Positions 1 through 9,328 of a stretch of 61,356 nt of DNA are shown here, piece by piece (the first letter of the stretch is position 1; each line of letters starts with the position of its first letter). The notes under the pieces are model-generated. The model searched no databases. It was not told where the DNA came from and saw only the letters and a list, made by a program, of their open reading frames with translations. Source of the stretch: an uncultured Clostridia bacterium (GTDB taxonomy: Bacteria > Bacillota > Clostridia > TANB77 > CAG-508); NCBI GenBank assembly GCA_944389655.1, contig CALXND010000002.1, positions 1 to 61,356 of the forward strand, in the 5' to 3' direction. A program made the translations under genes and the position numbers.

Positions 1-2690
1 GAATATACTCTTTTTCCAAATTTAATTTCATTAAACTTCTTTTGTACCTCTATAATTACAAGAGGAAGAACAGATATTGCTATTGTATAAATCCACTGCG
101 TACTATTTAGTGGAACCAATTTAAATACTTCTGCAAACATTGGTACTGTCACAACAACTACTTGCAAAATTGTTCCTAATATAAATGCTCCTATCAAATA
201 TTTATTTTCAAAAAGTCCAACCTTAAATATTGACTCTTCGCTTTTCACATTAAAACTATGTACTAATTCTAGCATTCCAAGAGAAACAAATGCCATGCTT
301 CTTCCAACCTCCACACCATATAGATTATTACCTATGCTAAATGTAAATAATGTAAGCATTCCAAGCATTGTTCCTTCTACAAATATTTTACCCCATAATC
401 CATCTGCAAATAGTCCCTTCTTACTGTCTCGCGGTTTTTTGTTCATTATGTCTTTGTCTGGTGGTTCCAAACCTATTGCTATTGCAGGAAGTGAGTCTGT
501 AACTAAATTTATCCATAATAGTTGTATTGCTAGAAGAGGCGCTTTCATTCCTAGGAGCAGGCCTATAAATATAGTTACAATCTCTCCTATATTTGTTGCA
601 ATTAAAAAATGTACCGCTTTTTTTATGTTCTCGAAAATATTTCGCCCCTGTTTTACTGCTTCTACAATTGTAACAAAATTATCGTCTGTAAGTATCATAT
701 CTGATGCATTTTTGGCAACATCTGTACCATTTTTTCCCATAGCAATTCCTATATCAGCTTTTTTTAGTGCTGGTGCATCATTTACTCCATCACCAGTCAT
801 TGCAACCACCGCACCAGTTTTTTGAAAAGCATCTACTATCCTTACTTTGTGTTCTGGCGACACTCTTGCAAAAACAGAATATTTAGAAATTGTTTTCTCT
901 AAAACATTTTGTGGAATTTCGTCTAGTTCCTTTCCTGTGATTGCCAAATCTTGCTTCTTTAATATCCCAAGTTCTTTTGCTATTGCTTTAGCTGTAGCAA
1001 TATGGTCGCCTGTTATCATAACCGTTTTTATGCCAGCTTTTCTGCATGTTGCTACCGCTTCTTGTACCCCTTCACGTGGTGGATCAATCATTCCTATTAA
1101 GCCTACAAATGTTAGATTTTGTTCTATACTCTCGCTATCTATATTATTTGGAAGTCTAGGTAGCTCCGCATATGACACGGCAATTACCCTTAAAGCATCA
1201 TCGGCCATTTGAGCATTAATTTTCTCTATTTTTTGAAGGATACTATTATTCATTTGTCTAACTTCACCATTTAAAAAATACTTTGAGCAACGCTTAAGTA
1301 AAACATCTGGTGCCCCTTTAGTAATTACTATGAATTTTTCTTGTATATTAGATATTGCTTTAGTTTTTTTACTTTCTAATAACTCATTTTCTCCATTGCT
1401 ATCCCTTATCCTATTAGAGCTATTAATTTTATGTATTGTGCTCATCATTTTTCTGTTAGAATCAAATGGTATATCATTAATTCTCACAAATTTTTGATAT
1501 AATCTTTCTTTATACGCTCCTCTTTCTTTAGCTGCATTCACAATTGCAAGTTCTGTGGCTTCTCCCACATCATCTTCAACATCTGTACACATTGTTCCAA
1601 GTTCAAGTATAAAACCTTTCTGCATATCTAAACTTTTGCCTTGAACATCCATTACCTTTGTGACTGTCATTTTGTTTTGTGTTAATGTTCCAGTTTTGTC
1701 TGAACATATTACACTACTGCTTCCTAGAGTTTCAACTGCTGGCAATTTTCTTATTATACTATTTTTCTTTGCCATTCTAGTTACACCTATCGAAAGCATT
1801 ATTGTAACTATTGCAGGAAGCCCTTCTGGAATTGCTGCTACTGCCAGTCCTACCGATGTCATAAACATTTCAATTGGTTCTATTTTCTTTAGTATACCTA
1901 TAACGAATATAAAAGCACATATTGCTAAACAGCCTATTCCTAAGCTCTTTCCCACTTCTCCTAATTTCTTTTGTATTGGAGTTTCTGGTGCTTCATTCGT
2001 TATAATCATTTTAGCAATTTTTCCAACTTTAGTATTCATACCTATATCTGTAACAATCGCCTCTGCATGTCCATTAACTACAATTGTATTTGCAAAAGCC
2101 ATATTTAAAGTATCTCCTAGAGCTGTTTTATCATCCAAAAGCACATTGGCATCTTTAGTTATTGGAACAGTTTCACCCGTCAGGCTCGATTCCTCTATTT
2201 TCAAATTGTGGCTAGTTATTAATCTGCAATCTGCTGGCACAAAATTTCCCGCATCTAGAAGCACTACATCACCTTGAACCACTTCCGTACCTTTTATAGT
2301 AATTACTCTTCCATCTCTTTTCACCTTTGCAACTGGTGCTGCCATATTTTTCAGAGCCTCTAAAGATTTCTCCGCTTTTGCTTCTTGTACAACTCCCATA
2401 ATCGCATTAAGAACGACAATTGCAATTATTATAATTGAATCTATATAATCATTTTCCCCCTGGAAATACGAAACAACCGCCGAAACAACTGCCGCTATAA
2501 GAAGAATAATAATCATAAAATCTTGAAATTGCTTTATGAACCTTATAAAAACACTCTCTTTCTTTTGCTCGTCCAGTTTATTAGGTCCATCTCTATTCCT
2601 TCTACTATCCACTTCACCTTTTGTAAGACCTGTATTAATGTTTGTCCTAAGTTTCCTTGCAACTTCATCAATATTAAAAGACTGCCACAT
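1..2690 (-). CDS. P-type cation-transporting ATPase (Ca2+-ATPase, PMCA/SERCA-like); 3' end runs off the window
   Basis: Not in the ORF track because it is open at the window edge. My reverse-strand translation from the ATG at 2690 gives MWQSFNIDEVARKLRTNINTGLTKGEV... It contains CSDKTGTLTQNKM (about 1660-1700), MITGDHIATAKAIA (about 1000) and MTGDGVNDAPALKKADIGIAMG (about 740-800), the P-type ATPase signatures. Confidence 0.88.
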   Translation of the reverse strand, partial: MWQSFNIDEVARKLRTNINTGLTKGEVDSRRNRDGPNKLDEQKKESVFIRFIKQFQDFMIIILLIAAVVSAVVSYFQGENDYIDSIIIIAIVVLNAIMGVVQEAKAEKSLEALKNMAAPVAKVKRDGRVITIKGTEVVQGDVVLLDAGNFVPADCRLITSHNLKIEESSLTGETVPITKDANVLLDDKTALGDTLNMAFANTIVVNGHAEAIVTDIGMNTKVGKIAKMIITNEAPETPIQKKLGEVGKSLGIGCLAICAFIFVIGILKKIEPIEMFMTSVGLAVAAIPEGLPAIVTIMLSIGVTRMAKKNSIIRKLPAVETLGSSSVICSDKTGTLTQNKMTVTKVMDVQGKSLDMQKGFILELGTMCTDVEDDVGEATELAIVNAAKERGAYKERLYQKFVRINDIPFDSNRKMMSTIHKINSSNRIRDSNGENELLESKKTKAISNIQEKFIVITKGAPDVLLKRCSKYFLNGEVRQMNNSILQKIEKINAQMADDALRVIAVSYAELPRLPNNIDSESIEQNLTFVGLIGMIDPPREGVQEAVATCRKAGIKTVMITGDHIATAKAIAKELGILKKQDLAITGKELDEIPQNVLEKTISKYSVFARVSPEHKVRIVDAFQKTGAVVAMTGDGVNDAPALKKADIGIAMGKNGTDVAKNASDMILTDDNFVTIVEAVKQGRNIFENIKKAVHFLIATNIGEIVTIFIGLLLGMKAPLLAIQLLWINLVTDSLPAIAIGLEPPDKDIMNKKPRDSKKGLFADGLWGKIFVEGTMLGMLTLFTFSIGNNLYGVEVGRSMAFVSLGMLELVHSFNVKSEESIFKVGLFENKYLIGAFILGTILQVVVVTVPMFAEVFKLVPLNSTQWIYTIAISVLPLVIIEVQKKFNEIKFGKRVY

Positions 2691-2761
2691 ATATATCAAC
2701 TCTCCTTTTTAAGGTTATATTAATATATATTCAGCAGTCTTTACTTTTATGACTATTTTTT

Positions 2762-2801
2762 TAAAAAAAGTGCGCAAATGGGGTCTGACCCCATTTGCGC
2801 A
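2762..2801 (-). terminator. Rho-independent terminator downstream of the phosphatase gene; also a minimal copy of the TGCGCAA(A/T)TGGGG palindrome family
   Basis: Palindrome tgcgcaaatggggtc / gaccccatttgcgca (2771-2801), followed in minus-strand sense by a run of 7 U (A-run 2763-2769 on the plus strand). Confidence 0.6.
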
Positions 2802-2851
2802 TTATGCTATATTTTTCTAGATTACAGTAGGTTTTGCCCTTTTTGCACAAA

Positions 2852-3310
2852 TTATTGCTTTTCCTCCAGATGCTTTAATAAACCCTTACAGCCTTCCAAT
2901 ATATCATTATATGCAACTTCAAAATTTCCTGTATACCATGGATCATCAATATCTCTTGGATTATCTGTAAAATCTAATAAGCGGTATACCTTTCCTTCTC
3001 TATCTTCACCTATTATTCTTATAATATTCCTAACATTATATGCTTCCATTCCGATAATATAATCATATTTTTTATAGTCCTCTTGCTTTAATTGCCTTGC
3101 TTTATGTTTTGAATATGGAATGTTTTTCTCATCTAGTTTATCTTTTGCTCCCCAATACATATCATTTCCAGCTTCTTCACTACTAGTTCCAGCTGATGAT
3201 ATACAATATTTGTGCCCAAGCCCTTTTATATTTAGTAAATTTTTAAATATATACTCTGCCATGGGAGACCTACAAATATTTCCTAAACATACAAAAAGTA
3301 TTTTTTTCAA
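2852..3310 (-). CDS. Low-molecular-weight protein phosphatase (LMW-PTP / arginine-phosphatase fold)
   Basis: N-terminal CLGNICRSPMAE (CX5R(S/T) P-loop) and a DPWY-type C-terminal motif. 152 aa is typical for the family. Confidence 0.85.
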   Translation of the reverse strand: MKKILFVCLGNICRSPMAEYIFKNLLNIKGLGHKYCISSAGTSSEEAGNDMYWGAKDKLDEKNIPYSKHKARQLKQEDYKKYDYIIGMEAYNVRNIIRIIGEDREGKVYRLLDFTDNPRDIDDPWYTGNFEVAYNDILEGCKGLLKHLEEKQ

Positions 3311-3432
3311 TTAAATCTCTCCTTGTTTGATGATTGGTGATAGCTCTTATATTCATAAATGTAACTTAAAATAGATAGCGAGTAATAAATATTAGATTAG
3401 TCCATCACTTATTTAATCATTTATTTTCAAGA

Positions 3433-3900
3433 TTAGTCAACATTAATTTTATGTACCGGGAAATTACCATCTTTCAAAATTCCTGGTACTACCTTTGGAA
3501 GCAATGGATACGCTTCAATTTTGTCTAAGTCTAGCCACTCATATTGCAAATAGTCCTTGCCTTCTACATTCTTTAGTGTATAGTCTATATGCTTATCTTC
3601 TTCATTTATAAACTCAGCTTTATTTATAAATAAATATTCATGATACTTTTGCCCATTCATTTCAAAAAAGTTTTCTACTGTAGCAATATATCCAGTTACT
3701 TCTATGTCCTTCCCTATTTCTTCTTGTACCTCTCTTTTTACGGTTGTAGCTGAGTCTTCACCCAACTGCACCCTTCCTCCAATTAATGAATAGTGATCAG
3801 AATTTACGTTTTTATGCACTAAAACTTTATTATTATGTATTATAACTGCGGCTGCCCTTACATTTAATTTGTAATCTTCTAAAACTATTGATATATCCAT
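3433..3900 (-). CDS. NUDIX hydrolase
   Basis: Nudix box GGRVQLGEDSATTVKREVQEEIG (GX5EX7REUXEEXGU). Confidence 0.8.
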   Translation of the reverse strand: MDISIVLEDYKLNVRAAAVIIHNNKVLVHKNVNSDHYSLIGGRVQLGEDSATTVKREVQEEIGKDIEVTGYIATVENFFEMNGQKYHEYLFINKAEFINEEDKHIDYTLKNVEGKDYLQYEWLDLDKIEAYPLLPKVVPGILKDGNFPVHKINVD

Positions 3901-4026
3901 CTTTTCCTCCTCTACAAACCAAGTTTATATAAAAATATTTCGAGTTATTATGTTTTGTCTTGATAGATATTTTTATTTATATTTATTAATTTTTCGTTTA
4001 TAATTTAGTTAGATACTATTTTTTAT

Positions 4027-5352
4027 TTACTCTCTATACTTATTTGCAAACTTTGTATAATTTCCAAGCCATAAAAGTTCTACTGTACCTGTAGAACCAG
4101 CTCTATGTTTAGCTAAAATTATTTCTGCAATATTCTTTTTTTCACTATCTTCGTTGTAATAGTCATCTCTATATAAAAACATAACTATATCTGCATCCTG
4201 CTCTATTGAACCAGATTCACGAAGATCTGACAACATTGGCCTATGATCAGGTCTTTGCTCTGGAGCTCTTGATAGCTGAGAGAGTGCAATTACTGGCACT
4301 TCTATTTCTTTTGCTAAAATTTTAAGTGAACGACTAATTTCTGCGATTTCTTGTTCACGGCTAGCTCCTCTTTTCCCACTTCCCTGTACTAATTGCAAAT
4401 AGTCTATTACTACTAATCCAATGTTTTTTTCTAGCTTCATTTTCCTGCATTTTGCGCGTATTTCCATTATAGATATGCCTGGTGTATCGTCTATATATAT
4501 ATTAGACTCTGAAAGTACTCCTGATGCCTCTGCAAGCTTCGCCCAGTCGTCATCTTCTAGCGTACCTGTTCTAACTTTATTGCTATCTACCATTGCTTCT
4601 GAACACAAAATTCTGTTTACCATTTGCTCCTTTGACATTTCCAAGCTAAATATTGCTACAGGTGTATTGGCCCTTACTGCTGCATTTGTAGCGATGTTTA
4701 ATGCAAAGGCAGACTTTCCCATAGCCGGTCTAGCAGCTACTAGAATTAAATCCGACTTATGAAGACCTGCTGTTTTATAATCTAAGTCCGCAAATCCTGT
4801 TGGTACACCTGTTACATGTGACTTTCTATTATACAGTTGCTCTAATTCTGTAAATGTATCTACTAGAATGTCTTTTATATTACTATATCCTTTTTGATTT
4901 CTTTTTTGCATTACTTCAAAGATTTTCTTCTCTGAGCTGTCAATAATATTTTCTACTTCTTGAGTTGGATCGTATCCGAGTGTTATAATATCATTTGCTG
5001 TTTTTATTAGATTTCTTAAAATGGATTTTTCTTCTACTATTTTTATATATTGTTCTACATTAGATGTTGTTGGAACTTTATCTGGAAGCTCTGCAATATA
5101 TTCTAGTCCACCTACTGCTTCTAGTTTTCCCATGCTTGATAGCTCAGATTTTAATGTAATAATATCAATAGGCTCACTTCTGTTATATAAGTTTAATATT
5201 GCTGTATATATTATTTTATTATCTTCTCTGTAAAAATCTTCTTCTTTTAACACTTCAATTGATGCAGATACAGCATCTCTATCTGTAAGCATACTACCTA
5301 TTACAGCTTGCTCTGCTTCTGTATCATTTGGTGGTACTTTACCAAGCTCCAT
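4027..5352 (-). CDS. dnaB: Replicative DNA helicase DnaB (DnaC in Bacillus nomenclature)
   Basis: N-terminal PPNDTEAEQAVIGSML, Walker A ARPAMGKSAF, and a typical 441-aa length. It sits next to rplI, as in other Firmicutes. Confidence 0.96.
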   Translation of the reverse strand: MELGKVPPNDTEAEQAVIGSMLTDRDAVSASIEVLKEEDFYREDNKIIYTAILNLYNRSEPIDIITLKSELSSMGKLEAVGGLEYIAELPDKVPTTSNVEQYIKIVEEKSILRNLIKTANDIITLGYDPTQEVENIIDSSEKKIFEVMQKRNQKGYSNIKDILVDTFTELEQLYNRKSHVTGVPTGFADLDYKTAGLHKSDLILVAARPAMGKSAFALNIATNAAVRANTPVAIFSLEMSKEQMVNRILCSEAMVDSNKVRTGTLEDDDWAKLAEASGVLSESNIYIDDTPGISIMEIRAKCRKMKLEKNIGLVVIDYLQLVQGSGKRGASREQEIAEISRSLKILAKEIEVPVIALSQLSRAPEQRPDHRPMLSDLRESGSIEQDADIVMFLYRDDYYNEDSEKKNIAEIILAKHRAGSTGTVELLWLGNYTKFANKYRE

Positions 5353-5411
5353 TTTTTCGCCCTCTTTCTAATTACATTAAATCCTATACATAATCAATTA
5401 TTTAACCTTAT

Positions 5412-5858
5412 TTACTCGCTAATTACCTCTACCTTTAGACCAGCAATAACTCCTTCAAATAGTTTAATAGAAACATTAAAACTTCCCAATGTTTTTATTG
5501 TTTCCTTAAGTTCTATTTTTTTCTTGTCTATTGCCATATTATATTGTTGTTGTAAATTTTCTGAAATTTCTTTAGAGGTAACTCCTCCAAATATTTTTCC
5601 GTTTTCACCTGCTTTTACCTTTATTTTAAGCATAATTCCTTTTATTTTTTTTGCAAGTTCCTCTGCTTTTTGTTTTTCAACATCTTTTTTATAACTTGCT
5701 GCTTCTTTTTTGTTGTTTAATTTTGCCATATTTTCATTGTTTGCTTCAACTGCTAATTTCTTAGGAAATAGATAGTTCCTAGCATAGCCATCAGATGCAT
5801 TTATTACTTCATCTTTTTTTCCTACACCTTTAATATTATCTAATAAGATTACTTTCAT
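5412..5858 (-). CDS. rplI: 50S ribosomal protein L9
   Basis: MKVILLDNIKGVGKKDEVINASDGYARNYLFPKKLA is the classical L9 N-terminus. 148 aa. Confidence 0.96.
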   Translation of the reverse strand: MKVILLDNIKGVGKKDEVINASDGYARNYLFPKKLAVEANNENMAKLNNKKEAASYKKDVEKQKAEELAKKIKGIMLKIKVKAGENGKIFGGVTSKEISENLQQQYNMAIDKKKIELKETIKTLGSFNVSIKLFEGVIAGLKVEVISE

Positions 5859-5890
5859 TTAAGATACCTCCTTCTACTTTATTGGCTGAT

Positions 5891-6120
5891 TGGGAACTTA
5901 GCTTTTTTGCACAAATACTATTTTGATTTTCAGTAAATTTATATATTTTTTATTTTTAGTCGGAGTGCTTAAGGTGGGGACCAGCAAGTTTACAAACTGT
6001 ATGCGAGATTATTTCGAGCATTTACAGTTTGTACGATGCCGGAGGCCGGAGACTAAAAAGAAAAAATATATAAATTTACTATAATAAAGATTAAACATTG
6101 CGCCAAAAAACTAAGGCACA
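5891..6120. repeat. Nested-palindrome intergenic element, copy 1 (about 230 bp); inverted copy at 39521-39768
   Basis: Three nested inverted-repeat layers: outer 5891-5914 / 6098-6120; middle gtaaatttatatattttttatttttagtc (5933-5961) / gactaaaaagaaaaaatatataaatttac (6051-6079); inner GC-rich arms ending acaaactgt / acagtttgt around a 23-nt loop (6001-6023). Confidence 0.85.
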
Positions 6121-8107
6121 TTAAATTTGTTCACTAAAATATTCATTAATTCTATTTATGAGCTCTTGCTTTGCTTCGTCTATATTCATTCCTTCTACTT
6201 GTGCTCCCGCTAAGGTAATATGACCGCCTCCTCCGCAGTTTTTCTAGTATTACTTGAACATTTATATCTCCTATCGAACGTCCACTTATGCATATTTTAT
6301 CATCTAATTTTCCTAATACAAATGATGCTGTAATATTGCTAATTGTAAGTAATTCGTCTGCTGCTTTAGCACAGACTACGTTTGCATCTTTGTCTTCTTC
6401 TTCGTATGTCGATATTGCTATACTATCATATACTAATTCTGCCTTTCCTATTATGTTTGATATTTTGTTATATGTGTCTAAATCGCTTTGGAACCATTTT
6501 TTTACTTTTATTATATCTACACCACATTTACGTAAGTATGCCGCTGCTTCAAATGTTCTAACCCCTGTTTTAAATGTAAATGTTTTTGTATCCATCATTA
6601 TTCCTGCATATAATGCTTCTGCTTCTATGTTTGTAAGTTCTACCTCCTGTTGAGTATATTCTACTAATTCTGTTACTAGCTCTGATGCAGATGAGGCATA
6701 TACTTCATGGAATGTAAGCATTGCATTTTCTATATAATCTGGACTTCTTCTATGATGATCTATTACTATTATTTTCTTTGCCTTTGCTAATAACTCTGGT
6801 GATTCCACATAGTTCTTTTTATTTGTATCTACTACAACTAATAATGTGTCGTCATCAATTTCGCTTTCAGCATCTTGTGGCTCTATTATTAAATTGCTAT
6901 AGTTTTCATCTTCTCCTAGTTCTTGTAAGAATACTGATAAATTATCACCCTTTGTATTTAGCACAATGTTTGCTTCTTTATTTAAAGTTTTAGCTATTCT
7001 ATATATTCCCATGCTTGCACCCATACAATCCATATCTGAATTGCTATGCCCCATTATCATTACTTTGCTTGATTCTTGTATTAGTCCTTCTAATGCATGT
7101 GATATAATTCTAGCTTTTACCTTTGTTCTTTTTTCTAGCTCTTGGGTTCTTCCTCCAAAGAATGTGTATTTTTCTCCTTCATGAATTACAGCTTGGTCTC
7201 CACCACGTCCTAGTACTATATCTAGTGCTGCTTGAGCTGTTTTATATTTTTCTAAATTTGTAGTTCCGTCATTAGATATAGCAATACTTAATGTAAATTG
7301 CATTCTGTCTGATGGTTGCAAATCCTTTACTGCATCTAATATGTCAAATTTTTTATCTTCTATTTCTTTTATATATTGTTTTTCAAAGATACACACAAAT
7401 GTATCTCTTTCTGCTTTTAGCATAAGCCCTTTTGCTTCTGCTGCCCAATCATATAAACTCTTTTCTATTTCTGCTATTAACTGTGGTTTTTCATCATCCG
7501 GTATTCTTTGTATTATTTCTTCATAATTGTCTATCATGATTAATCCGATGTATATGTCTTTATTATCAAATAGACTTTCTAGTTCTACTAGTTTTGTATC
7601 ATCTACAAAATATATTGTAATTATATATTCATCCTTTAAAGGCATATAATCTCCATATAATCTATATGTTTTTTTACCTATTTGAATTTCATCATTTATT
7701 TTTTCTTTTTTATCATTATTTTTTATTTCTAACTTTACATCGTTTAAAATATTTGTTAAATAATTATTAATATCAATATTGGCAAATTCTTGGTTAAATT
7801 TTGTGTTTCTAAATATTAGGTTTCCATTTGTTTCTGCAATTACTAATGGAAATGGTGAATTTACCAAAGCTATTTTTGCAATTTTATCTAAACTAAATGT
7901 TAAGTTTTTGATGTGTTCTGTAAGTTCTTCCTGTCTTTTATTATTTGTCCAATATGCGTACATTAATAGTAATATATATATAATCACTGATGGTACTATA
8001 AAGTATAGATTATATATACATATTACAATTAAAAGAATTGCAATGATTGCTAAATATATTTTTGTTTTTGATATTATTTTTTGCACCACTTTTTTATTAT
8101 GGTTCAT
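6121..8107 (-). pseudogene. gdpP: GdpP/YybT-like DHH-DHHA1 phosphodiesterase (c-di-AMP PDE architecture) interrupted by a 1-nt insertion near 6235
   Basis: Two N-terminal TM helices, DHH motifs (GHSNSDMDCMG, VIDHHRR). The called ORF ends in an aberrant tail ...EKLRRRRSYYLSGSTSRRNEYRRSKARAHK. Shifting +1 at CTG-C-GGA gives EKL-GGGGHITLAGAQVEGMNIDEAKQELINRINEYFSEQI* with its stop at 6121-6123, restoring the DHHA1 GGGH motif. Likely start is the ATG at 8107 (GGAGG 6 nt upstream). Confidence 0.85.
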
Positions 8108-8331
8108 AAAAAACCTCCATTCGAGCAATTATATGCTCTAACGACTTTTAAATTAAAACCTCCAAATTGCGAGAATGAAAGAGTTTTTTTACTACTTACC
8201 TCCATTCGGGCATTTACATACTCTATGATTAACTTTTTGATAAGTTATCTTTTAAATTTGTTATTAATAGTTACTAATTTTTATTTGAATTGCTTATTGA
8301 AAGCGAGAATTGATACTTTCAGGCAGTATAT

Positions 8332-8360
8332 ATTTTACTATTTCAAGGCATTTTTGTCAA
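8332..8360 (-). promoter_or_regulatory. Candidate sigma-A promoter for gdpP (TTGACA-N17-TAAAAT)
   Basis: Minus-strand reading: TTGACA (8360-8355), 17-nt spacer, TAAAAT (8337-8332). About 215 nt upstream of the gdpP ATG. Confidence 0.4.
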
Positions 8361-8371
8361 GTTTACGTAAT

Positions 8372-8401
8372 TTGACAAGATATGTGTAAATGTGCTATAA
8401 T
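8372..8401 (+). promoter_or_regulatory. Candidate sigma-A promoter (TTGACA-N18-TGcTATAAT) for ORF 8504-8866
   Basis: TTGACA at 8372-8377, TATAAT at 8396-8401 with TG at 8393-8394 (extended -10). Back-to-back with the gdpP promoter. Confidence 0.5.
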
Positions 8402-8503
8402 TTTACAAGAAGGTTCTTTTTAAGAATAGCCTTCCGAATATTCGGAGGGCAAAAGTTCTCCGATGTATACAAATTAATATTAATATATTAGGAGGACAAA
8501 ATT

Positions 8504-8866
8504 ATGACAAAATCAAGAAATAATTTACCAGAGGCAACATCTTTTTCTGTTGCAATAAACTTAAAGATTCCACATAAATTATTTTTATATAATAATTGGA
8601 ACGCTCGTGAATATGAAGAACTCTTTAAACACCACCCATATTTCTCATCAGAAGAAGTTCAAATATATTACGAAATTGCTCGGATAACTATGGAGCAAGC
8701 TATCAGATGTGGAGTTTCTATGTCAAAGTTAGAAGTACGAAATGTTGGTAGCATTTTTGAAAGCACTCCAGTTTTCGAGTTCACATTTAAATTTTGCAAC
8801 TTAAGTAGTCTCACGGATTTCGTTCAATCACTTGAAGAAAAAGTAAAAAGTGATACTGGAATTTAA
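8504..8866 (+). CDS. Hypothetical protein (120 aa), no family recognised
   Basis: Strong RBS (AGGAGG 8 nt before the ATG), its own promoter and terminator. Locally less AT-rich than its surroundings. Contains the only ordinary in-frame CGG codon I found (8681-8683). Confidence 0.55.
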   Translation: MTKSRNNLPEATSFSVAINLKIPHKLFLYNNWNAREYEELFKHHPYFSSEEVQIYYEIARITMEQAIRCGVSMSKLEVRNVGSIFESTPVFEFTFKFCNLSSLTDFVQSLEEKVKSDTGI

Positions 8867-8896
8867 TCTTGGTAAATTTTGACTAATTAGACCTTT

Positions 8897-8934
8897 TAAA
8901 AGCCCCAGAGAGTAATTTCTCTCTGGGGCTTTAT
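8897..8934. terminator. Bidirectional stem-loop between convergent ORFs
   Basis: agccccagagag (8901-8912) / ctctctggggct (8919-8930), a 12-bp perfect stem with a 6-nt loop, flanked by T/A-rich runs. Confidence 0.55.
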
Positions 8935-9146
8935 TATAGTGGTTGAAGATTTCTGATAAAAATATCAACATCATCAATAGTTATATTGGGAATTCTTTTC
9001 TTCATTGAATCAAACTCAAACCGTCTGATTTTCTCCAAAAGTTCATTATAATTCTCCATACAACTTAATCTTTCAGTTACTACGCTTCCATAAAATGCTT
9101 CTTTAAAGCCTCTTACCCTTACTTCTCCATAAAAAAAATATAACAT
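8934..9146 (-). CDS. Hypothetical protein (about 70 aa from the ATG at 9146)
   Basis: ORF-track ORF 8934-9176. The internal ATG at 9146 is preceded by AAAGGAGAAAAAAT, so it is the better start. No family recognised. Confidence 0.45.
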   Translation of the reverse strand: MLYFFYGEVRVRGFKEAFYGSVVTERLSCMENYNELLEKIRRFEFDSMKKRIPNITIDDVDIFIRNLQPL

Positions 9147-9287
9147 ATTTTTTCTCCTTTCATTCAAATAGAACATTTAGTTACATTTTAATTATATCAT
9201 ATATTAGTTGGAATTTCAAGTATTTGACATAATATATATTTTCTGTGGCTACTGGATAATAACTTAATCATTTTTAAATATAAAACT

Positions 9288-9324
9288 TAAAAAGCCTTGC
9301 AATATTTTAATACTGCACGGCTTT
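9288..9324 (-). terminator. Rho-independent terminator after rpoC
   Basis: Minus-strand sense: agccgtgcagtatt-aaa-atattgcaaggct followed by TTTTT, immediately after the rpoC stop at 9329. Confidence 0.6.
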
Positions 9325-9328
9325 TTAT

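Noticed and set aside
295-2277. Plus-strand ORFs 295-825, 847-1212 and 1660-2277 from the ORF track
   Set aside because: They are antisense to the clearly recognisable P-type ATPase. Their products are low-complexity S/F/I/L/P-rich strings. The coding strand here is purine-rich, so its complement is naturally poor in stop codons.
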